Assembly: GCA_951406725.2 (NCBI GenBank)
Contig: OX597833.1
Coordinates: 59,458,001-59,522,000, forward strand
Reading direction: 5' to 3'
DNA length: 64,000 bases
From: Octopus vulgaris
Lineage: Eukaryota
Shown: positions 32,501 through 43,480 of the stretch, in pieces
Numbering within the stretch: position 1 is the first letter of the stretch
Layout: every line of letters starts with the position of its first letter
Position numbers and translations under genes: made by a program
The notes under the pieces: generated by a model
Database searches by the model: none
Told to the model about the DNA's origin: nothing
What the model saw: the letters and a program-made list of their open reading frames with translations, nothing else

Positions 32501-33998
32501 CTCTTTTGCCGAACCGCTAAATGATGGGGACGTAAACACACCAGCATCGGTTGTCAAGCAATGCTAGGAGGACAAACACAGACACACAAACACACACGCA
32601 CACACATATGTATACATATATACGACGGGCTTCTTTCAGTTTATGTCTACCAAATCTACTCACAAGGCTTTGGTCGGCCCGAGGCTATAGTAGAAGACAC
32701 TTGCCCAAGGTGCCACACAGTGGGACTGAACCCAGAACCATGTGGTTGGTAAGCAAGCTACTTACCACACAGCCACTCCTGCGCCTATAATGGTTTTTTT
32801 TTCTACAATTTTTTTTCCAATGAAACTCATTACAGTATTCTAATTATTGCCAATCATTAAACCATTAGGTTTTACTCTAGTTTTGGTCATCTTTGACAGT
32901 GTTGGTTACAATTTCAAAATGAATCTTTCCACAATAATTACCATACCAGATTCTATTCTGATAGAAGTCATTAAGGTGCTGCAATGTGTCAGTTCTTCAG
33001 TTGCCTCCTAAATACCCATAAAATTATCAACCATCTTGCAAACAATAACTCTGAGCACCTTTTCAAACTCCACCCATCTAACACCCGTGGACATATTTAC
33101 AAAGTCAGAAAACAGCACAGACTTTAGGAAACATTTTTTCACGCTGAGAGTTGCTGAAGCATGGAACAAACTGCCAGCATCAGTTGTTAGTTGTCGGAGC
33201 ACTGCATCCTTCAAAACTTCCATGCTTTCTGAGATTCGCCAACACTACACCTGATTTTCTCCCCTCCATACACACACAAGCATGTATCTGACTCATACCC
33301 TGTTCCCTTCCCAGACATTTGTACATTACTGCATATACTCTATACGCACTTTCTGACAAGTTGTGATGTACCTGAGCACTGTATACAATAATTTCATTAT
33401 TATTATTATTATTATTATTATAAAATTATTATTATTATTATTATTGAGTGAGAGAGCAGTTCATGCCATCAAAGTGACATCATAACCATATGTGCACGAC
33501 ATGGTGATCTCATATCAAGATAAACAGCACATGACCTTGCAGGTGGGGCCCAGTTAGAATTTTCTTCAGGTCGAGTAGCCCATCCCGCTCAAAAGGTCCC
33601 TGAATAAGGATTGTTTAAGGATGTTGAATGAAACACTCATGTTTCCAGAGGTGAATTATTAAAACCCCAAAGAATCCCTCTCAACACATGGCTATGATGC
33701 TCCCCCACTACTTCTGCTCGTGATCAGAGATGCACATATCGTCAGCCACTAAGGGACATGCTCAACTGGTTAAAGTCAAACAACTGAGAAGCAAATCTGT
33801 GGTATTGAGCAGAATATTTGCTGTAGCCCATCTTTTATACCAAGACAAAACAATGTACATGATAACACTTCCAATCAGTTAAGATCAGAAGCCATGAGAG
33901 CCACTGCCTGGTACTGCATCAGGGCATAGGTACTGCATCAGGGCATGGTACTGCATCAGGGCATTTTACTGCATCAGGGCATTGGTACTGCATCAGGG

Positions 33999-34032
<34 letters not shown>

Positions 34033-36996
34033 CTCTGTGTAGTGATAGTATTGATAGATTCTTCTTTAATGATACATCTCAACTCTATTTCCTCTTTCTT
34101 TCAGATCATTGTTAACGCTTTGATGCTGTCAATTCCTTCTATTTTCAACGTCCTGTTGGTGTGCGTTGTGTTCTGGCTGATATTTGCTATCATGGGAGTG
34201 CAGTTATTTGCGGGAAAGTTCTACAAGTGTGTCAACGAGACAAATATGAGGATCTCCCCAACGGAGGTGGCCAGCAAACAAGAATGTCTTTATAAAAACT
34301 ATACTTGGGTAAATTCAAAAGTAAACTTTGACAATGTAGGAGGAGCTTTCCTTGCTTTATTTCAAGTGGTAAGTTGTTTCTTTTTTTTTTTTTTTGGTGG
34401 AGGCGCAATGGCCCAGTGGTTAGGGTAGCGGACTCGCGGTCATAGGATCACGGTTTCGATTCCCAGACCGGGCGTTGTGAATGTTTATTGAGCGAAAACA
34501 CCTAAAAAGCTCCACGAGGCTCCGGCAGGGGATGTTGATGATCCCTGCTGTACTCTTTCACCACAACTTTCTCTCACTCTTACTTCCTGTTTCTGTTGTA
34601 CCTGTATTTCAAGGGGCCGGCCTTGTCACACTCTGTGTCACGCTGAATATCCCCGAGAACTACGTTAAGGGTGCACGTGTCTGTGGAGTGCTCAGCCGCT
34701 TGCACGTTAATTTCACGAGCAAGCTGTTCCGTTGATTCGGATCAACCGGAACCCTCGTTGTCGTAACCGACGGAGTGCTTCCATCCATCCAGTTTCTTTT
34801 TAATATTCAGTGTTTACATATTTGGTTAAGTTTCAATGCTACATACTTACATTTTCACAAACAAAATATACTTAAACTATACAAAAATAGCATAAAATAA
34901 TGTCAGATTTCATATTTAACCCTTTAGCATTTAAACCAGCCATATCCGGCCAAAAGTATTCTGCCTGTTTTATGTTCAAACTGGCCATATCTGGTCTCTC
35001 ACACCAACCCTACAATATCATTTTAAAAATTAACAGTTACCTCATCAAAATCTCATAGCTACAAGATAATGCATGATTAGTTCAAAACAATACGGATAAA
35101 GAAGCATTAATTTTGGCAGAATAATGCAAACACTAAAGGGTTAAGCTTATAACTACTTCACTAAATATAACTCACAATATGATATATCCAGTGTACTAAA
35201 TTATACATAACCCTAATCCAATAACCTATAGCTCTTACTATCATGAAGCCTAAGTTTGTCTTTTTACTGTATAATAATTAGTGATGCCACTTAATTCTTT
35301 ACTCTATTGTTACTTGTACAAAGTTTAATGCTTTCATTTTACAACTTCTTGCTAAACTATGGCTATTTTTAGCCTTTTATTCTGAATCTCTCTTCCCTCT
35401 CCATCCCCAAGAGGATATAAAGAGAACTTTATATCCAGTTGTTTGGCTGAGAAAGTAGAATGATGTGCTTAATTTGTATTTTGAATCGCTGTGGATTTAA
35501 TTAATTCTGAAAGGAAAAACATTGCTTTTCATTGGAAGAGTGACAAGAAATAATTAGCAGTGCAATGGGATTGGTGTCTGCTGCATTTGTATTAGTTGTG
35601 TGGAGGAATATGAAATAGATAAAATGTATTCCGTTGTTAGAAGACTGTCAGAATAGTCATGTATTGTCTGTGTAGTATGAAGTATTGTTCTCATTTCTGT
35701 GTTTTTGTACTCATTGAAAATTCAATTAAAACTATAAACAAATTAGAAAGTTCTCAGAATTTAGCTTTTGTGACCTTTAACATTTTTGGCAATCAATCAT
35801 TAGCACAAAAAAGATAGAGAAAATTTCTTTATCTCACAATTCATTTTATTAAAATGGCTGAGATTTTATACACTAAACAATTCAATCCTCTGGAATAAAG
35901 TTAAGTAAAAGACAGAGTTATTGATTTTATATAATTCCTTAATTATTAGCTACATATTCATTTTAAAGTCCACCACTTCATATTGGCAATGCACAGTGAC
36001 CTCTTTCTAAATGAATCTCTCTTTAGTTACATCTATTTCCATTAGCTCACTTATACTTCATTTCATCTCTTGTTTAATGTATTTTTATTTTCACAATCAT
36101 TTAGCAACCAGCATCCATTCTCATGACAGGGCTCTACCAAGTTGTCTTGCCTATCGTCTGGATACCATTTCCCCGACAGTTACTCACTCAAATCCCATTA
36201 AGTTTCACATACCTTCATTCAGACTTCAATCAAATATACATATATTAAATTCCCATCTTTCCTCATTAACAGCCAACTTTCAATATCTTCTGACTTTTAT
36301 TCTTATCTGTAATGACCTGAAGTTGTTTGGTCATCTCTCGATAGATTGTTTCCCTACTCTGCCCCATATCACTCTAATGCAGAATTACCTAAGTCGTGTT
36401 CATATCTGATAAGAGTTGACAGCTTATCAGTTCTATTATATTGGATGAAGTGTTAGTATTCTGCTCCTGATACCTTTTCATCATATTTGTACATGTTTCT
36501 GTAAGCAAAGCCTTTTGAGAGATTTTGGGAGACAGAAACTGGAAGGAAGCTCATTATTATCATCATCATATTTAAACATCCATTTTCCATACTGACATAG
36601 GTTGGAAGGTTCAACAGGAACCGACAAGCCAGAGAAGTGCTCTGAGCTCAAGTGTCTGCTTTGGCATGATTTCTACAGCCAGACACCCTTCCAATCACTG
36701 TACAAAGTGTACTGGATGCTTTGACGTGGCACCAGCACAAGACCCATAAACTGAGTGATTCCAAAATGAAAAGTGTGGAATAAAATATCTTACCTGAAAG
36801 TAGGTAAAGGTTAGCTTCAAGAAGAGCATCTAGCTGTAGAATACTGTTTCATAAAGTCTCACTGAACTCATGCCAGCATGGGAAAAGCAGACGTAAAACT
36901 GACCCTGACAATGATGATGATGATAGACAAGAAAGTAGATTGATAGATAGAGAGATAAGTAGGTAGATAGATAAACAGGTGCACTCATACATACTT

Positions 36997-37038
<42 letters not shown>

Positions 37039-37268
37039 ACACACACACATACACACACACACACACATACAAGCGTACCAATACTTTAAATGTATATTTG
37101 ATTAGTTTGTAGATGTCAGTTTCATTTTTTTTTTATTGACTTTCCCTTGTATTTGTAATTCACTTACCAACTACAATTCATCTCCAATATTTTTATAGCC
37201 TTAACAGTACAATACATAGTCTCTCTCTCTCTCTCACTCTCTCTGTATATACATATCTGTGTGTGTGT

Positions 37269-37314
<46 letters not shown>

Positions 37315-40300
37315 ATCTCAGTGTGCTTCAGCTATTGATAACTGTTGACAGCAATAATTCATTGTAAAATATAAACAAGGCAACTGTTTGCTCCTCCAGC
37401 TTTTATTCTAAGGTATTTTACCCTATTTCCCAACAGGCTACATTTGAAGGATGGATGGAAATCATGGCAGATGCGGTAGATGTTACCGAAGTAAGTACCA
37501 AATTTTACTCCCCTTCACCAACAACACTAATCTACTAATTCACCTCAGAAGAAGACAAGAGAACAAAAATCAAAGAAATCAGCTTCTTTTCATCAATATA
37601 TTGATATTCAGTGCAGTGATAGAGCTGTTCTTCTATGGTGTAGACTGAATTATTCTTTTAACTATATTACACTGAAGTTATTTTATCCAAGGAGAAACCC
37701 AGAATAGTACAGCTAAGTTCTGAATATTAACAACTTTGACAAGAGAAATAGTTTCAGTGTTTTTATTTTGTCATATTGTGAGCAAACTATTGCGGCTTCC
37801 TCTCATTACTTTGCATAATTTCTCTGTGACATGCATTTCCCATACATACAGCATGCAATATTAGATGACGTTATAGTTGCTTTGCAGTTAACATCCTTCA
37901 TTTGTCTCCTATAGAAATCTGGCATTAAGAAACACTATTACTGCCAGGAATGTGGCACAAGCAAATCCAAGGACGTTCTCAAGCCACAACAATGTTAATT
38001 GTATGATGCTGAGTTCAAGTTCTGTCAACAACTATTCTTACTAACAGCTTGGGACTAGAGTTAGACACTTAATCTTTTACTCTTTTACTTGTTTCAGTCA
38101 TGTGACTGTGGCCATGCTGGAGCACTGCCTTTAGTCGATCAAATCGACCCCAGGACTTATTCTTTGTAAGCCTAGTACTTATTTTATCGGTCTCTTTTTG
38201 CCAAACCGCTAAGTTACGGGGACGTATACACACCAACATCAGTTGTCAAGCGATGTTGGGGGGACAAACACAGACACACAAATACGCACATACACATATA
38301 TATATATATATATATATACATATATACGACGGGCTTCTTTCAGTTTCCGTCTACCAAATCCACTCACAAGGCTTTGGTCGGCCCGAGGCTATAGTAGAAG
38401 ACACTTATCCAAGGTGGGACTGAACCCGGAACCATGTGGTTCGTAAGCAAGCTACTTACCACACAGCCACTCCTGTGCCTATAGAGTAATGTAGAGAAAT
38501 GACTTCATTTGTTATTGTTCTTTCATCATCTGAACAGCAACACTACATACCATATTTAATGATGTATCATCTATACAAAGCCTGTAGACTACTACACATT
38601 AACGTCACATTGTACAACTTCCAGTTGGTTTCCCTTACTATGACAAGCCTACACTAGCCTACCACTTCTCCATGAATCTTTAATTCCATCTTTCTTAAAA
38701 CCAAGCACAACCAGTTTCTATTCTTGTCTGACTTCTTTTCACTCTTCAACAATACAGGAAATGAAAATCTCTCCAACACTCACCAATGTACAATCCCTCC
38801 TCAGACTCTTCTTCAATAAAATCCTTAAATTCGTCATTGATTTATGTCTTCTAACCTGTTTCTAATTTAAAACCAGTCAGAGAGCACAAACCTCCACCAA
38901 GGCAACACCAACGTCCTCTCAACGATTAGCCAGAGATGGTTTACAAAATGAGAATATCTGAAATAAACTCAACTGCTCTCACAAAGAAGAATACTAAAAA
39001 ATGAACCTGACCACTCTCAAAAATTAAGTAAAAAAAAAAAACAAGAAAAATAATCCAGAATTCTTGTCTGGTACTAGATCGATTCCAAAATCTAATCAGT
39101 TCATGCCAGTCATGAGGCCAAACATCCTTGAAAGTTTTATCTGAATCTATCCAGCAGTTTTTGAGGTATCTTGTCCTCGGACAAACAAACAAACACAACT
39201 GAAAACAATACCTTTGCCTTCGCTAAGGCAGAGGTAATTAATACTTCCTGTTCATATCTAGGATTCCAATGCTGTTATACACAAGTATTCTCAACACTGC
39301 ACTTTTCTACTGTTGTCACTTGATGTCATCTGCACATTTTCCAGCCCCACTTGTGTGATTAAGAAGTTTACTTGGCAATCATCTGGTGCCAGGTTTGATC
39401 CCACTATTCAGCATCCTGGGTCTTGGCTAGATAAACTTTACTTGTTGCTAGTATTCCATTTCAATACTACTACCTGCTCCTGGGGTAACCTGGGTCTTGG
39501 CTAGATAAACTTTACTTGTTGCTAGTATTCCATTTCAATACTACTACCTGCTCCTGGGGTAACTTTAACAGACACCACTTCAATGCAAACTTTTGGGCCT
39601 GGTCTCTAGTCATAACAATAACCTGATATCATGATTTTCCATTTGTTACTGCAACATCCCATTAGTTGCAGGGTTCATCTTTCCATTCTTCCTCACCAAT
39701 CATAAAGATGAAGGTCTCTGCACTCCCCCACCAAACATGCAAATCCTTTGCAGGTTAGAGTCACTACCCTTTTGTACAATGAGTACTGTAGTGCTGGTGA
39801 AATACCTTAGAACTGTGAGGGGATACCATAAAACCATGACAGAGTACTGTAGAATTGTGTTGGAACAGTGTAAGACTGTAAGAGGGTGCTGTAAAACTTG
39901 GTGGGGTAACATAGAACAGGGGTAGACAGTACTTATAGAACTATGGTGGAGTACCATAGAATTGTGGTGAAGTATTGATGCACTGGGGTGAGGTACCATA
40001 GAATTATGGTGGGGTACCATACAGTTGTGGTGAGTATTGTAGAGCCTTCTTGCAGAACCAAGGACACTGTGACGAGATGCCGAAAGGCTGATGGAGTACC
40101 ATTGAAATGTGGTGGGATACATCAGCTTCTGTAGAAGTGTGGTGAGGAACACAATCTCTCATGTAGGAGAATGCATATATATGGAGACATGTAGGATAGT
40201 ATAGCAACGCTAAAAGTATAAGATGAACTAGTTGTGAAATTTGTAATTATGTTACTTACAATATGTTCTGTTATCATAGTAAACATTATTATTCCAGTGG

Positions 40301-43260
40301 TTACCACCAACTAACCTTTATTCTTACTTCCACAGGTGGATCAGCAACCTAAATTTGAAGCCAGTGTGTATTATTATTTTTATTTTGTATTGTTCATCAT
40401 TTTTGGCTCCTTTTTTGTGTTGAATCTTGTCATCGGCGTTATTATTGATAAATTTAGCTTCCTTAAGAAAAAGGTAAGTAAACTTACAGATTTCTTGAAT
40501 TTAATTCTTCCTCTTTGTATTATCTAGTTAAATTTATACCCCTAAGTACTAGAACTTTCGGATCTTTTCAGTTTGAATGGCAGTTTTTAACATAATTTCT
40601 AGGTAACTAAAAAATTTTTAACTTCTTATACTGGTAGAATGTGTTTATAAAACATCTTTTTCTCTTGGCTTTATTGAGAAAATTCTATAGTTTGTAAAAT
40701 ATTTGTGGGTTTTTTTTTTCAATTTCTGCAATTTCAACCAATCAGTGAAGTCCATTGAGGTAAACAACATTCTGTGCCGTATGAATATGTCCCCCGTTTA
40801 AGAAACAGATTGGGTTTATTTACATTTGTGAAGAAAAAAAGATACCCTTCCCCCCCACCCCTAACCCTAACCCTAAAATAGATTGAAATGCAATAGATCA
40901 TAATTATGGGTGACAATTTCATATGGCACCGCTAGAAAAAACTGCCGTTCAAACCGAAAAGATCCAAACTTTCATCATATATAGAAAAGTGGCCATTTCA
41001 GTAATTCTATAGCTAAAGAATGACATTGCTAGTAACCAGCTCACACTATAAAGTCTATGTGAGAGATTATTGCAGTTAAAAATAGAGGTTAGTGATTCTT
41101 TAAAATAGTTAGTGAACTAGAGTGATCTGTTGTTAAGTGTTTAACTGATGTGGTAGTCTCATGTAAAATGGAGTAGATAGAGAGACATAGATTCTGAAAA
41201 ACTAACTGGTTTTTATTACTATCTCTGAAAAACAAACTTCCTTTTATTTACTACCTCTGTTTTTTTCTACTTGCAGTACGATGGAACATATTTAGACATG
41301 TTTCTTACACCAACTCAGCAAAACTACTATAATACATTAAAAAAGTTGGGTACCAAAAAACCTCAAAAGACTGTCAGAAAACCAAAGGTAAGTCAAAAAA
41401 TTGTTTTCTCTTCAGTTTTCCATTTTAGAGTTGTTCCACTGATTTTGGTCGTTGTGGGTACTTACAGATGAACTATGCACTTTTATGCAGTCTGATAAAG
41501 TGTTGACACTCAAATCTTTACCACAAACAGAGTAACTCAAACAAGATTTGAATCTAACGATTCAGTTTCAATATATTTTTTTCTTGTCAAACAGTTTTCT
41601 GTTGGCCAGTTTATTCATAACATTGTTATAGCAGGGAGTTTGTTACCTTGTTTGATATTTTACTCTTTAACAAATTATCTTTCTAAAGTCAACACCTATA
41701 GCAAAGATATGAGCAGGGAAGGAAGTATAGAGATATGACATTCTGGTAATGAAAGAAGGGTTGGACATAATAGATAATAAGGAGCTTGGGGGTGTTGGAC
41801 ACAATATGGGAGTTGAGAAGGGAGACAAATGAGTTAAGAATGCCTATGTGGAGAGATAGCTTGAACCCAACAAGCTCTAAAGAGATCATTATAGTAGCAA
41901 TAAATATGAGTGAGAGAGGGGGTGGCACACCTGTAATCAAGAGGATGGACTATGTCTGTGACTTTATGCTAATCAGCCAAATGGCTTTTCTCTGGATGCA
42001 GTCAAGGATGTCTGTGTCTTCAGTAGTAGTACCATCCCAGATGTAAGACCAGAACTCCACTGTGAGCCTCACCTGATCTTTGTAGAGTCTCAATAATTGT
42101 TGGGGAATTATAAGGGCAGCAAGCTGGCTGAATCGTTAGCACGCCAGGCAAAATGCTTAGCGGTATTTCGTCTGCCATTACGTTCTGAGTTCAAATTCCA
42201 CCAAGGTCGACTTTGCCTTTCATCCTTTCGGGGTCAATTAAATAAGTACCAGTTACACACTGGAGTTGATGTAATTGACTTAAACCCTTTGCTTGTCCCT
42301 TCTATGTTTAGCCCCCTGTGGGCAATAAAGAAATAAATAATTGTTGGGGAATGAAGTATCTTTTGGTCCTGAAAATAAAGGCCTGTCTTTTGGATGCAGC
42401 CCTAAATATGTTAAGACTATACTTTCACCAGGAGAGATCTTCGAGCATAATGAGAGCTAACATTTGGAGCAATTGTTAAAGATCTAGTTGAGAGCTGCTC
42501 GTGAATAAAGAGGAGAATAATATTTAATATAATAAATTTATTTTACTTAGCAGTATTGATGTGAAGTTGCTGTCATCTGTTATTTCTCTGAGAGTCGTGA
42601 AATATAGCACCAGCAGAATTTGAATTTGACTTATAAGAAACTACTTATAACATCCTTCCAATTTAATCTGGTTCTGTACAACTCTCACAGTTTGCTTAGG
42701 GTCATAAAGTTAGCCTTATTAAATCAAATTGAATTTATACAACTCCAACATTTATTCAGCTGTAGTGAAGAGATTATAAGCATGTAATCTAATGCAAGAC
42801 AGGGCACTAATGGCCTGTGTGTGCTTTGAAATCTGTCTAATAACATAAACAAACAATATCTAACTCTTCTGATAGCCTTTCTATTATTTTCCTACACCTT
42901 GTCCTGATTTTTCCATGTTTTGTTTCATATTATTTTTTTTTCTTCTTCACACAGAACAAATGCCAGGCTGTTGTCTATGACCTTGTAATGAGTAACCAGT
43001 TTGAGATCTTTATCACTACTATTATCATTACAAATATGATATTTATGGCATTTGAGCATTATAATCAATCAGATGTAGTAACTGAAGTTTTGGCCACAGC
43101 TAATATTGCTTTTACCATTTTATATGCGTTTGAAGCAATCATCAAAATTGTAGCATTAAGGATACATTATCTTCGTAATCTGTGGAATGTATTTGACTTT
43201 CTAGTCGTAAGTTTATCTGTTGTTGGTAAGTACCTTTTTATCTAATGCTTTTCTTCTTTG

Positions 43261-43291
<31 letters not shown>

Positions 43292-43441
43292 ATGAGGGAT
43301 GGGATAAAGTTCCTAGGTTTAAGTTGTTGAAAACACTCATAAATTGTGAGAGCTGAGTAACTGGGGTTGATTGTTGTTGCCTTATTGAACAATGATAAAT
43401 TAATTGTAACACTAACAATGATTACAGGCATTCTAAATACT

Positions 43442-43480
<39 letters not shown>

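Noticed and set aside
33910-34001. CRISPR-like repeat array
   Set aside because: Units are contiguous with no spacers, and the context is eukaryotic. The 39415 and 62994 repeats also lack spacers.
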